Shown: in pieces, positions 1 to 13,273 of the stretch
Position numbering within the stretch: the first letter of the stretch is position 1
Layout of the letters: every line of letters begins with the position of its first letter
Assembly: GCA_951406725.2 (NCBI GenBank)
Contig: OX597820.1
Location: forward strand, 57,288,001-57,352,000
DNA length: 64,000 nt
DNA from: Octopus vulgaris
Taxonomy: Eukaryota
Direction: 5' to 3'
The notes under the pieces: model-generated
Databases searched by the model: none
What the model was told of the DNA's origin: nothing
The model's input: the letters and a program-made list of their open reading frames with translations, nothing else
Program-made: the position numbers and the translations under genes

Positions 1-577
1 GGCACTATCACCAATGCTTTTTCATAGCACCTATAATGCACTGGGCCCTTAGTATGTATTTATTAACAGCAAGCCACAGCATACATAGATCAGAATTGCT
101 CTCCTAGACTCATGGGGGCACCCCAGGCAACTGCCACGTGTGCTCAAGCATTAAGATGGCAGCACTAAGTGGTTCGTCTGATGGGCTTCCAATTAAAGTT
201 GACTTGATGCTATGGTGAAAGATATTTGCCCCGATGCCATTGCATCAGCATCGAACGCAAGAGCTTAGAATCAGGTAAGGAAATTCTTAACCTATCAACG
301 ATGCAGCAGCTACACACACTCACACACACACACAGAGGATTGTGTGCATATGTATGTGTCTTCATCATTATCATCATCATTCAATGTTCACTTTTCCATG
401 TGTGTGTTGTATAATATACATAATATACCTGTATAAATGCATACATAAATACATATATATATACATATATCTCCACACACACACACACACATATATATAT
501 ATAGACATGCACACATGTGTGTGTGTGTATGCATGTGTATGCTTACATATGCACAAATAAACACACATATGTCTACG

Positions 578-616
<39 letters not shown>

Positions 617-2072
617 TGTAGAAAGCAAAAGAGAGAATGAGAAATGATAATTATGATCAATATGAATTGTATGTGATGATTATGCATTTCTCTGTGTGTG
701 TGTGTATTATGTGTGTGCATAGTTTAAGTATGTGCGAATATATGTATGTATATATACATATATGCACACACAGACACACATATGCATACAAACATACATA
801 AATGTGTGTATGTGCGTGTGCCCAGAATGTGTATGCAGGTGTGTGTTTGTATTGTATGTGTGCCTGTCTGTGTATATATAGTTGGTGTGTTGAAATAATT
901 TTCTAGAGTGCCTTTATTTACATATAATCGTATCAAATGAATGATAATCTCCATATTAACTGATTACTGATAGTTATCATAATTAAATATCATAGTTAAG
1001 TACATTAGTTGTGAGTGAAATCATTTTTAGCCTCAGTTATACGCAGGCAGTCAATTTGCTCAACAGTATTTGAGATGGTAGCTAAGATACTGATAGTGGT
1101 GGTGGTAGTAATAGAAGTGGCGGTAATGGTTGAAGTAGAAGTGGTTGTGGTGGAGGTAGTGGTGGTGGTAGTGGTGGTGGTTGTGATGGTGGTGGTAGTG
1201 GTTGTAGTGGTGGTTGTGGTGAAAGTGGTGGTGGTGATAGTTGCTGTTTTTGTTATTGCTACTGATATGTATGTAAATTTTGCTGGAATTTTTCTTTTGT
1301 TGTTTTGTCAAGGGTTTTTATTAGTTTTTTTTATATTTATAGCAGTAGTGTTGTTGCTGTTGTTGCCATTTATAGGTGATGCTGATGGTAGTAGTGGTGG
1401 TGGTAGTAGTGGCAGATATGGTGGTAGCGATATTGTTGTTAGTAGTGGTTATGGTCGTAGTGTTTGTTGTTGGTGGTTGTTATGGTAGTAGTTTTTGCTG
1501 GTGGTGGTGGTGGTGGGCGATGATAGAGGTAGTTGATGTGGTGATGGTGGTGGTGGTGGTGGTGGTGGTGTTTGTGGCAGTGGTGTTGCTGGTGGTCGAG
1601 GTGGTGAAGATGATTGAGATGATGATGGTGGTGGTGTTAATGGTGATGTTGTTTCTGTCAGCGGTGGTTATTGAAATGCTTATGACGGTTATCGTAGTAA
1701 AATTGCAGGCCCCGGTTGTTAGGGTGTTGCACTCATGACTGCAAAATCACAGTTTCAATTCCTGGACTGGGCAATGCATTCTATTCATAAGCAAAACACT
1801 TCATCTCACTTCGACATCAGATGTGTGGCACACTGACCACCTCTACAGATAATTTCCCTTTAATGGAATTCAGATCAAACATTTGATTCCTATAAACAAA
1901 TCATCCATCCAGTTCATTATGAAAAGTATTGCAGAGCCCCAATCCCCGTCTATTGTCTATGACTAGAGAATCCACAATGGTGATTGTAATAGCAATGATG
2001 TTTATATATATTATAAAGTTAGTGTATATAGTACTCAGCTGCACTAAAAGTCATCAAATATATATATATATA

Positions 2073-2292
2073 TCTGTTTCTTTATTACCCACAAGGGGCT
2101 AAACATAGAGGGGACAGACAGACGGATTAAGTCGATTACATCGACCCCAGTGCATAACTGGTACTTGATTTATCGACCCTGAAAGGATGAAAGGCAAAGT
2201 CGACCTCGGCGGAATTTGAACTCGGAACGTAATGGCAGACGAAATACGGCTGCGCATTTTGCCCGGCGTGCTAACGTTTCTGCCAGCTCGCC
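2073..2292 (-). mobile_element. SINE family 2 (Meta-domain-like). Other copies: 3752-3965(+), 11985-12200(-), 13605-13830(-), 15395-15575(+), 27145-27330(-), 27620-27835(-), 31950-32160(-), 46850-47050(+), 50050-50260(-), 55585-55775(+)
   Basis: Head GGCGAGCTGGCAGAA, GAGTTCAAATTCC B-box-like motif, core GCCTTTCATCCTTTC-GGGTCGATAAA-AAGTACCAG. Confidence 0.8.
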
Positions 2293-2309
2293 ATATATAT
2301 ATATATCCG

Positions 2310-2940
2310 AAGACCCGGCAAGACTAGTCAGGCCATAACCCGTGGCCCCTACCTGGGACGTTGTCAGTTCACCTGTGCATACCTTCCTTCCTTCTTGTGA
2401 CACTTGTGAAGACCTGTTGAGGCAAGTGAAAATCAAATCAAATCAAATCAAAATAGATGAACATCAATGGAATTTGTATCTTTGTGGTACCAGTGCCGGT
2501 GGCACACAAGAAAACCATCCGAACGTGGCCGTAGCCAGTACCGCATCGACTGGCCTCCGTGCTGTGGGCACGTAAGAAACACCATCCGATCGTGGCCGTT
2601 CGTCAGCCTCGTCTGGTACCTGTGTCGGTGGCACATAAAAACACCATCCGAGCGTGGCCGTTCGCCAGCCTCGTCTGGCACCTGTGTCGGTGGCACATAA
2701 AAACACCATCCGAGCGTGGCCGTTCGCCAGCCTCGTCTGGCACCTGTGTCGGTGGCACATAAAATCACCCACTACACTCTCGGAGTGGTTGGCGTTAGGA
2801 AGGGCATCCAGCTGTAGAAACACTGCCAGATCTGACTGGCCTGGTGCAGCCTTCGGGCTCCCCAGACCCCAGTTGAACCGTCCAACCCATGCTAGCATGG
2901 AAAGCGGACGTTAAATGATGATGATGATGATGATGATGAT
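2310..2940 (+). mobile_element. RTE-type 3' UTR element with a 62-bp tandem repeat (3-4 copies, about 2485-2762) and (GAT)n tail
   Basis: Unit AAAACACCATCCGAGCGTGGCCGTTCGCCAGCCTCGTCTGGCACCTGTGTCGGTGGCACAT, followed by the shared UTR block. Confidence 0.8.
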
Positions 2941-3595
2941 GTATCATCATCATCAAAATTATTTAACGTCCATTGTCCATGCTCGCATGGGTTGGACGGC
3001 TTGACTGGTCCGGCATACAAGAAGGCTGCGCCAGGCTTCAGTCTGATTTAGCATGGTTTTCAACAGCTGGATGCCCTTCCTAATGCCAACCACTCTGAGA
3101 GTGCAATGGGTATTTTTACATGTCTCTGGCATGGGTGCCATTTGGGTAACACCAATATCTGCTATGACTGTGATTTTGATTGGATTGATGGATCCTCTTC
3201 TCAAGCATGACATAATGCCAAAGGTCTTGGTCATTGCTTGTGTGTGGCCCTACACTCAAAAGGAACTCGATCACTTTGCCTCCATAAGGCCCAACACTTG
3301 AAAGGAACTCAGCCACCTCACCTCCATATATATATATATAGTATCACTACACACATTCCATTTCCACAAGAACACCAACCTTAAGAACACACATATTTCC
3401 CACAAACTCTTTTCCAGAAAACTCTTGCCTACTTGAAACAAAACCACCCCAGAGACAATGTTTTGATGCCAAGGGACATACCTTAATTCCTTGCTCGATT
3501 CATTTCATCATCTTTTTCACAGCAACCACAAACCAAATGTGTCTATTCACCTCCAATAATAGAGAACAGTTGCCATATTTCATTCCATAACTGCT

Positions 3596-3682
3596 ACCTC
3601 TGAAGAGCACAGAGTTATATAGTCGGACTGATACCTACCACTCTGTTGAACTCCTAGTGTGAAACTGATTGGTAAGATCAGC
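3596..3682 (+). ncRNA. Type I hammerhead ribozyme-like motif with long stem II
   Basis: acct-CTGAAGA-GCAC...GTGT-GAAA-CTGATTGG-TA-agat. Confidence 0.6.
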
Positions 3683-3963
3683 CGTAATGGATATATAATA
3701 CTTTACACTACGATTAATATGTGTGTGTGTGCATGTGTGCATGTGTGTAAAGATGGTGAGCTGGCAGAATTGTTAGCACAAAGGACAAAGTGCTTTGTGG
3801 CATTTAATCCATCTTTACATTTGAAGTTCAAATTTCGCTAAGGTTGACTTTGCCTTTCATCCTTTTGAGGGTCAATAAAATAAGTACTAGTTGAGAACTG
3901 GGGTCAATGTAATTGATTTACCCCTTCCCTCTAAATTGCTGGCTTTGTGCCAAAATTTGAAAC

Positions 3964-4011
<48 letters not shown>

Positions 4012-4180
4012 GTAAGATCCAAGGATCGAGGTGTAGGAAGAAGGTTAACTTCAAGCAAACCATAGAAAATAAAATATGAAAAACAATATTTCAGGAACAA
4101 TAGCAGTTTATGGAGGCAGAAGGTTGTGGATTTTTTTCTGTATTGAAATATGGTAAGCTGAAATAAAAAATAAAAAGATA

Positions 4181-4272
4181 CCATTGGTCTGAAGAGCAGC
4201 CTGTGGTATACACCTTGCTTGGAGACTTACTACTTCTGAGGTTTTGCTTGCTATGAAACATATGTAGCCTGG
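4181..4272 (+). ncRNA. Type I hammerhead ribozyme-like motif with long stem II
   Basis: ggt-CTGAAGA-GCAGC...GCTAT-GAAA-CATATG-TA-gcc; palindromic stem III. Confidence 0.6.
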
Positions 4273-4511
4273 ATATTATCTACTCCACTCCTTAGCTCTT
4301 GTATATATATATATATATATATATATGATAGATCGCTAGCCACTAAACCTTTTCTATTTTCTCTCCCTGTTTATTTCTGTTTTTCTGTCTGTCGAAGAGC
4401 ATAAGCTCGAAACATAAAAGACTTTCTCACTTTGTGAGTATTAAATTAATACATCTGTTTGTTGTTTATACACCTGTCCTCATTTTTTGTTTTTTTTTTG
4501 TAAATTCTTAC

Positions 4512-4547
<36 letters not shown>

Positions 4548-5456
4548 GTGTGTGTGTGTCTGTGTTGGTACGAATATATGTAAATTATTATTTACAACGA
4601 TACTTATATGATTTTATCATAACAATATTTCAGCTAATACAGGTGGTAGATAGAAGAAGAGGCAAAAATCTCTTGTGGTATTTGGTGCTGGCTCATTATA
4701 TGTAACTCTTTTGATTGCAACACACCTGAGTCCAGCTCTGCTTCTTTAATAAAAACTTCTTGTTTTAAAGTGAGCTTTATTAAAACCTTCTATTAAGATT
4801 TCATGTTAATTTATGTTCCAAACACCATCTTGATCATGACAATTATTTTAGAAAATTCTTCATTATTTTTATGATTAATTAGAACAAAAATAATGTATTT
4901 CAATAACAATATCCATCCATGCAACAAAAGTAGTGTATTTTCAATAGAAATTTCAACCTCTGCTACACAGCTAAGAACTATACACCCCTTCCTTAACATA
5001 TTATACTTTTCACTATTGAACACACACATACACACACATGCACACATGCATATGCACGTGATTCAGTGATTAGGGTATTCGGCTCAAAATCGTAAAGTTG
5101 TGAGTTCAGTTCTTGGTGATGCATTGTATCCTTAAGCAAGACTCTTTATTTCACATCGCTTCAGTCCACTCAGCTGGTAAAAATGAGTTTGTGTCTGTAT
5201 TTCAAAGGGCCAGCCTTGTCACATTCTGTGTCACACTGAATCTCCCTGAGAACTAATGGTTAAGGGTACATGCGTCTGTGGAGTGCTCAGCCACTCAACT
5301 ACTTGCACGTTAATTTCAGGAGCAGGCTGTTCTGTTGATCGGATCAATTGGAACCTTCATCATCATAACCAACAGAGTGCCATATATTTGTATATGTGTG
5401 TGTGTGTATAGAAAAATGCATACTTACATGTAAGAGACCAAAGTGTATGTACACTG

Positions 5457-5493
<37 letters not shown>

Positions 5494-5984
5494 CATAAAA
5501 AATACAAAATGGGACAAGAACGCAAAACATCCGGACAGCTAGGTGATACAAAAAGGGACAACAAAACATCCAGATAGATGATACAAAGAAAACAAGGACG
5601 GGTCATTCAAAGTTTTCTTTCCTCAGTCAAGCACCAGATTATCCTTGTGAGTGGATTTGGTAGACTGAAACTGAAAGAAACTTGTCCTTTGTGTGTGTAC
5701 CTTTGTCTCTATCTTTGTCCTTCACCACTGCTTGACAGCTAATGTTAGTGTGTTTAGATCTCCATAACACAGCTGTTTAGCAAAAAGTAACTGATACATA
5801 TACCAGGCTTTAAAAGAATATTAAGTATTCAGATTCATTCATTTGACTAGCATTCTTTGAGATGCTGCCCCAGCATGGCCACAGTCTAGTGAATGAAAAC
5901 AATAAAAGATATAAAAGGCATAGGTGTGGCTGTGTGGTAAGAAGCTTGCTTAAGTCCTGGGGTTGCTTCCTTCAACTGGGGTGG

Positions 5985-6210
5985 TTAGTGAGAGCTGTGT
6001 GAGTCATGTACAGGGACCTGTCAGTAAGGTGAGGGGTTGCAATGAGTACAGTGAAGGATCCCAGGTAGAGGTAGGGGTCCACCAAGGTTCAGTCCTCAGT
6101 CCCCTCCTATTTATCATAGTCCTCCAGGCAATAACAGAGAAAGTCAAGACAGGATGTCCCTGGGAGCTCCTCTATGCTGATGACCTTGCTCTAATTGCTG
6201 AGTCACTACC
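5985..6210 (+). mobile_element. RTE LINE reverse transcriptase fragment
   Basis: VGVHQGSVLSPLLFIIVL...LLYADDLALIAES. Confidence 0.85.
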
Positions 6211-6295
6211 AGGTGGTGCTCCAGCATGATTGCAGTGAAACAACTGAAATAAGCAAAAGAAATTAAAGAAATAAAGTTGCAATATTCAGCATATA

Positions 6296-6722
6296 GGCGC
6301 AGGAGTGGCTGTGTGGTAAATAGCTTGCTAACCAACCACATGGTTCTGGGTTCAGTCCCATTGCATGGCATCTTGGGCAAGTGTCTTCTGCTATAGCCCC
6401 GGGCCGACCAATGCCTTGTGAGTGGACTTGGTAGACGGAAACTGAAAGAAGCCTGTCGTATATATATATATATATATATATGTATATGTATGTGTGTGTT
6501 TGTGTGTCTGTGTTTGTCCCCCTAGCATTGCTTGACAACCAATGCTGGTGTGTTTACGTCCCCGTCACTTAGCAGTTCAGCAAAAGAGACCAATAGAATA
6601 AGTACTGGGCCTACAAAGAATAAGTCCCAGGGTCGATTTGCTTGACTAAAGGCGGTGCTCCAGCATGGCCACAGTCAAAATGACTGAAACAAGTAAATGA
6701 GTAAAAGAGAAAGAGTAAAGAG
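6296..6722 (+). mobile_element. tRNA-derived CORE-type SINE, family 1 (resembles octopus OR SINEs). Other copies: 7388-8070(-), 15996-16985(+, split), 26115-26520(-), 36955-37335(+), 45547-45973(+), 51440-51842(-), plus many fragments
   Basis: A box TGGCTGTGTGG, B box GGTTCAGTCCC, CTTGGGCAAGTGTC core, central (TA)n/(TG)n, tail GGCGGTGCTCCAGCATGGCC...GACTGAAAC. Confidence 0.85.
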
Positions 6723-7594
6723 TATATACTCTTTTTTTTATTTTATTCAAGACGATAAAAGTGTACTACGAAGAGAGGATAGGTTTCAATTTCTAACGTA
6801 CTCTATGGCCACATAGAAGCTTCCCTTCCTCATTAGTTCATTCTGAATTAAGTGATTATTGATATCACACAGTATTATCGTTTTATAGAAAGCAGTAATT
6901 ATGGCATTGCTGTGTATTAATGATGTTGATAGCATTGTCTCATTTTAATTTTTCGCTGTTAATTCCAGGCCTTTTTTAGCAATCAGGAAATGGTCTTTGT
7001 TACAAGAGTTCTCTATCAGTGTATTAATTTTTGCATTGTATTTTCTTATTAATATAGCTTCCATGATCAATCCACAATCATTATTATTATTATTATTTTT
7101 TTTTGGGGGGGGGGGGGGATTTTACATCTGATGGTGTTGGTATTATTCACTAATGGTTTCCAGACTTTTGTTTTGTGCAGTGTAATGTGGTGTAATGTAA
7201 TCACATGCAATTGGTTCATTGTTGTAAACAAACAGTGACTAATATTGGATAATAACGAAATACAAAAGATCCTTAATAAAAAAAAAGTAAAATAAATAAA
7301 AAAAATGACCACAGCCATGTTTTTTTGTAATTCACACAGAAACTCATACTTACAGATACAAATAGATGCACCCATGCAAAAGTTACATACTCTTTTACTT
7401 GTTTCAGTCATTTGATTGTGACCATGCTGGAGCGTCGTCTTTAGTCGACTAAATCGACCCCACGACTTATTCTTTATAAGCCTAGTACTTATTCTATGGG
7501 TCTCTTTTGCCAAACTGCTAAGTTACAGGGATGTAAACACACCAGCATTGGTTGTCAAGCGATGTTGGGGGGACAAACACAGACACACAAACAT

Positions 7595-7657
<63 letters not shown>

Positions 7658-7674
7658 CATATATATATATAGAT

Positions 7675-7720
<46 letters not shown>

Positions 7721-9542
7721 AGAATTTACGAAAAAAACAAAAGACGAAGACAGGTGGTGTACAAAACAAACAGATGTATTAGTATAACACTCAGGAATAG
7801 AATAAGTCTTTTACGTTTCAAGCCTACGCTCTTCTACAGAAAGGGACACAGAGAAAAAAATGTGTGTAGTGGCTAACGATCTATCATGGCGTCATATATA
7901 TACACATATATACGACAGGCTTCTTTCAGTTTCTGTCTACCAAATCCACTCACAAGGCTTTGGTGGACCTGAGGCTATAGTAGAAGACACTTGCCCAAGG
8001 TGCCACACAGTGGGACTGATTCTGGAACCATGTGGTTGGTAAGCAAGCTACTTACCACACAGCCACTCCTACTCCAATTTTTTTTTCTGTTTCTTCCATT
8101 TATCTATCTGGCTGTCACATCTGCTTTGTGCATGTGTGTATGTATGTATATATGTATGTATTCAAAATTGTATATTACATTACTACAGTTTGCTGTACCA
8201 ACTGAGCTATCATGAGAACTACATGCTGATACCACATAAAAATGCTTCCATACCACTGCTGCATAATTGCACCAATGCAAAGAATAAAATGCACTTAGTA
8301 CACTCTGTAAAGTGGTTGGTGTTAGGAAGAGCATCCAGCCATAGAAACCAAGCCAAATTAGACCAGAACTTAGTGCAGCTTTCATGCTTGCCAGCTCTGG
8401 TCAAAGAGTCCTACTCTTGCCAGCAGAGAAAATGGATGTTAAATGATGATGACAATGATGTTTCTTTTGAACAAGTTTATATTCAGTCTGACTGCACAAT
8501 ATCTTTTGCAAGTGTCTTCTACTATAGCCCTCCGCAAGCCAAAGACTTGTGACTGAATTTGGTAGAAAGAAACTGAAAGAGGCCACAAAAAACAAAAACA
8601 TACTTAGTACATGCTGTAGAATGGTTGGCATTAGGAAGGGTATCCAGCTGTAAAATCCATGCCAAAACAGACATTGTGGCTTGGTGCAATCCTCTGGCTC
8701 TTTGCTTCCTATTCAATCATTTAACCCATAACAGCATGGAAAAGGAGATACCAGACAATAATGGAGATTATGATGATATTAAATATACATAAGAGATCAT
8801 AGTGTACATATGCTGCTATATTTGTATATATAAAAAATAGAAAAAAGAGACAACAAAGCATCTAGAGAGACGATACAAAGAAAACAAGGATGGGTCATTT
8901 GGAGTTTTCTTTCCTCGGTCGAGTTCCAGATTATCTTAGCAATTTCAGCTGGTTATACTCGAGATTGCTCCAATCTGGTCAGCCCCAAGGAAAAACTAAG
9001 CTATATATGTAAATAATAATAATAACATTTTAGAAGCTTAAAGCTTATAAGCGAATACTATGTATTGACTAAAGAAAATAGTGTAATAATGGGGTGTATA
9101 AGCCCTTAACAGAAAAAAGTAGGGTTTTCTCTATGTGTAGGACTCACTTCTTCCCATCAGATTTAAGATCTGTAATTTCATAGTGTTGTTTTTATGAACA
9201 AATGTGTGTTTTTTGTGATGATCTGATAAGCAGTGATGATTTTACAATTCTGTAAATAATAATAATATTTTGTTAGCTTAAAGCTATAAACAATAATAAT
9301 ATTTTATATGCTTGAATCTCATAAGCAAACACAGACACACACAACAAAGGAATGTGAGTTCATGATCTTTGTCTTGACATAATCTACTTGTTGGAAACAA
9401 ATATGACCATTATACAACAAGTATTGTTCTTTTGCAATCTCTTGGTTAAACATGTCCAGCTATTGTTGTTGATGTTCAAAGAACAAGGAAGAAACATTAC
9501 CTTGCTTTGAAACAGATGAGTGATGAGTATCTTGGTGTTGCT

Positions 9543-10025
9543 CAGTGGTTCTCAAAGAGGGGGATATTGCCTTCCTGGGGGTGGTGGTAAGTTCCAAGGA
9601 GCTGTTGAAAAAAAGTGGGGCGATAATGGGGTAGTGATTTATGTAACAAGTGGGGTGATATTGGGGTGGTGATTTATGTAACAAGTGGGTTGATAATGGG
9701 GTAGCGATTCATGTAACAAGTGGGTTGATAATGAGGTAGTGATTTATGTAACAAGTGGGGTGATAATAGGGTAGCAATTTATGTAACAAGTGTAGTGATA
9801 ATGGGTGGTGATTTATGTAACAAGTGGAACAACAAAGGGGTGGCGATTCATGTAAAAACAACAAAGTAATGGGTTCATTAGGTTAGGTTTTATTTGTAAA
9901 ATACAGTTGCTTTGAATTTGCTTCAGAAAGTGGTCTATGTCTGTGATGGTTAGTTGGGGTGGGGTGCTAGGAATGTGGTCTTGGTGTCATAGGGGTGGCA
10001 GCCTGAAATAGTTTGGGAACCACTG
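9543..10025. mobile_element. Non-autonomous hAT-like element carrying a 35-bp minisatellite (about 7 copies, 9615-9855)
   Basis: TIRs CAGTGGTTCTCAAA / TTTGGGAACCACTG. Units start at 9615, 9650, 9685 and 9720. No clear 8-bp TSD. Confidence 0.7.
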
Positions 10026-10213
10026 CTGTAGATGACCTGTCCCAGCAAATTTCATCTGACTGATGAAGATTTGGAAAAGCAGATGTTCAAATTGCAATGA
10101 TGACGATGACAATATTACCAATGGCAATGATGATGATGATGATGATGATATTCGCTCATATATGCCCGTAAAAAATGAAGTCTTAAAATTTCATTGTATT
10201 TAGATTAAACGTT

Positions 10214-10487
10214 ATGGTAAGTTTTCACAATCTGGATGAGAAGGACAGTATACAACTGTTAGCTACGGGTGTCAACTACCAACTGAACATTTCGTATGCT
10301 CAGTCAGATGCTTCCTGGCAAGTTCATGTTCAAGCAAGTAGAAGCAGGTTTTGCATTGCAAAAACACAACCAGGGGTGTATATGGGTTACAGCTTGACTC
10401 AGAAATTAGAGTACTTAAAATTTCGCAGGCACACAAAGAGCAAACAAACAAATGACAAGTCTTTCAGAGATTTAATTCTGTGTGATG
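10214..10487 (+). mobile_element. Possible ancient RTE reverse transcriptase remnant
   Basis: VSFH...GVYMGYSLTQKL...RDLILCD loosely parallels RTE SFH...GVYIRYR.DGKL...RDLLFADD. Confidence 0.35.
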
Positions 10488-12234
10488 TTATATTCACAAC
10501 ATATGCATACATACATACAAACATATATACATACATGCATACATACATAAATGCATACAAACAATATGCATACACATGCATGCATACAAACATACATGCA
10601 TACATACATACATACACACATAGATACACACACATACATACGTACATGAATACATAATGCATGCATACACACACATACATACAGACAAACATACTCACAT
10701 GTACGTATGAACATACATATACATATACACATAGATGCATACATGCATACATGCATATACACTTACATACTTACACATATACATGCATTAATATATACAA
10801 ACTTACGTACATACACACATGTATGCATACATACAAACTTACATGCATGCACACATATATACATGCATACATACATACACACACATACAAGCATACATAC
10901 GTACGTACATACATACATACATACATACATACATACATACATACAAACACACATACATACATACATACACACATACATACACACATACATACATAAATGC
11001 ATACAAACTTACAATATGCACATATATTGCTGGAGGATAACTGGCAGATTTGTGGTACATTTTAACATTTTAATGTGAATGATTCAATCCTATAAAAGCT
11101 TGTTTCTATATACAACCAAGTTTTTTGGCCAATTTTTTCCGTCGTGTAAGTACTGCATGATTGAAACAAACTGTCAAATTTAATGTTTCTTCATGAAAAT
11201 TTCTCTTTATAATTCATTCTTATAGAATCTGTGACAATGAAGATACATTTTTTATGAAACAAAATTCTTTTGGCGTTCCCTTTTTTATTTCATGTAAATT
11301 TTTATTCTTTGGAGGTTTTTAATACTTTTTTTATTGTTATTATACACACACATATACATGCATTATAAGTAATTTTTTTTTAATTATTTGAATTCTTCTT
11401 ATAAAAAAGTTGGTTCCTAACAAAGGAACAATGTTCCATTGCTAGAATTTGGATAACAATACCATTGAAGAGTTACGTGTTGAACTTGAGTGAAGTCATG
11501 CATAATTTTACAATTCCACCAGCAGATTGTATTTGCTAACTCTGTGTTAGCTGATCACCTTTGCCTAAAGACCTCTGTTTTTGGGAAGTGACTCATAGAC
11601 ATTTATTAACATAACCAACTGAACCAATTATTATAAGTACTAAATATAAATTTATAATCAAGGTAGAAACGAATTGGGTTTCATACAGCTGTCTGTAAAT
11701 ATTCTCCTTCTCAGCTATATGGATTAAATCATCACCAAACTGGAGTTCCTAAGTAGCTAGTCTTAAACTTCTCTATTATAGCCTGGTAAACTAGTCATAA
11801 ACAGTAAGGATTAGATACCAATCCTTGATAGTATTAGATAACTGGAAAGAACGAATAGCATGGTACTGTTGGCTGGAGGTAGTAAGCCCATTATGCATGC
11901 AAGACTCCAGAGGCTCCAACAAAACCTGTGATAGAGAAAATAATAATAATAATAATAATAATGATAATAATAATAATAGAAATAATCCTTTCTACTAGGC
12001 ATGAGGCCTGGAATTTGGGGGAAGGGGAGTCTAGTCGATTACATTGATCCCCAGTGCTCAACTGGTACTTATTTCATCGACTTCGAAAAGGTGAAAGGCA
12101 AAGTCAACCTTGGCAGAATTTGAACTCAGAACGTAACAATAGGCGAAATATCGCTAAGCATTTTGTCCTGCATGCTAACAATTCTGTCAGCTCACTGCCT
12201 TACAAATAAACTAATTATAATAATAGTAATAATG

Positions 12235-12299
<65 letters not shown>

Positions 12300-12300
<1 letters not shown>

Positions 12301-12850
12301 GCCCTGATGCAGTACCAGACAGTGGCTCTCGTGGCTTCTGATCTTAACTGATTGGAAGTGTTATCATATACATTGTTTTGTCTTGGTATAAAAAATGGGC
12401 TACAGCAAATATTCTGCTCAATACCAGAGATTTGTTTGTCAGTTGTTTGACTTTAACCAGTTGAGCATGTCCCTTAGTGGCTGACGATATGTGCATCTCT
12501 GATCACAAACAGAAGTAGTAGGGGAGCATCATAGCCATGTGTTGAGAGGAATTCTTTGGAGTTTGAATAATTCACCTTTGGAAACATGGGTGGTTCATTG
12601 AACATCCTTAATCCTTATTCAGGGACTTTCTGAGCGGGATGGGCTACTCGACCAGAAGAAAATTCTAACTGGGCCCCACCTGCAAGGTCATGTGCTGTTT
12701 ATCTCAATATGAGACCACCATGTCGTGCACATATGGTTGTGATGCATTTGCCTGGTGTACCCTTATCAGACAGGTAGTCATGATGAGTATACTGGGCTTC
12801 GTATATTTTACCTCAGTGTGATTTTGATGGCATGCACTGCTCTCTCACTC
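12300..12850 (+). mobile_element. (TAA)n-flanked non-coding element; related copies at 58240-58568 and 19068-19200
   Basis: The end GCATGCACTGCTCTCTCACTC-(AAT)n is shared with 58548-58568. Long (TAA)n on both sides. Confidence 0.65.
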
Positions 12851-12934
<84 letters not shown>

Positions 12935-13096
12935 GTGAAGATCAAATAAATAGTGCATTTGTATACTGACAAAAGACGACCATCCCTAAATATAACAATA
13001 TCTGTTTTAACACATAATTTCATAAGAATCTAACAAAACAAATACATGAATGTATATATGAATATTACATCATTTAATTTTCTTTTCTTGTCATAG

Positions 13097-13273
13097 GTGT
13101 GATGCTGATCTTTGTCTCACTGCTGTCTGTTGCATTCTTTGGCCTTTCCCTGTCAAAGCAGAAATGGTTGGGAATATTCTTCATTGTCATCGGTCTTGTA
13201 ATAGTTGGATTACCAAATCTTTACAACAGAATTGAAGATGGAGACAAAATACAAAAATATTCGGTCATTGCAG
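13097..13273 (+). CDS. SLC35F6: SLC35F6-like transporter, internal exon A (177 nt, phase 1-1)
   Basis: Acceptor tttcttgtcatAG, donor GCAG|GTAGGT. Encodes (G)VMLIFVSLLSVAFFGLSLSKQKWLGIFFIVIGLVIVGLPNLYNRIEDGDKIQKYSVIA(G), resembling the recalled SLC35F6 segment IIFTGLFSVAFL...QWLGI...GLVVVG. Confidence 0.9.

Noticed and set aside
226-280. Strong donor CAG|GTAAGG at 274/275 as an upstream SLC35F6 exon
   Set aside because: The upstream translation shows no SLC35F6 similarity and I found no convincing acceptor. A non-coding exon cannot be excluded.
2485-2762. 62-bp repeats, and the 35-bp repeats at 9615-9855, as a CRISPR-like array
   Set aside because: Head-to-tail tandem units with no unique spacers and no cas genes, embedded in eukaryotic transposons.
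11131-11181. Degenerate hammerhead-like strings here and at 20525-20565(-), 20795-20840(-) and 23728-23815
   Set aside because: Two or more core or stem defects each; indistinguishable from chance in AT-rich DNA.
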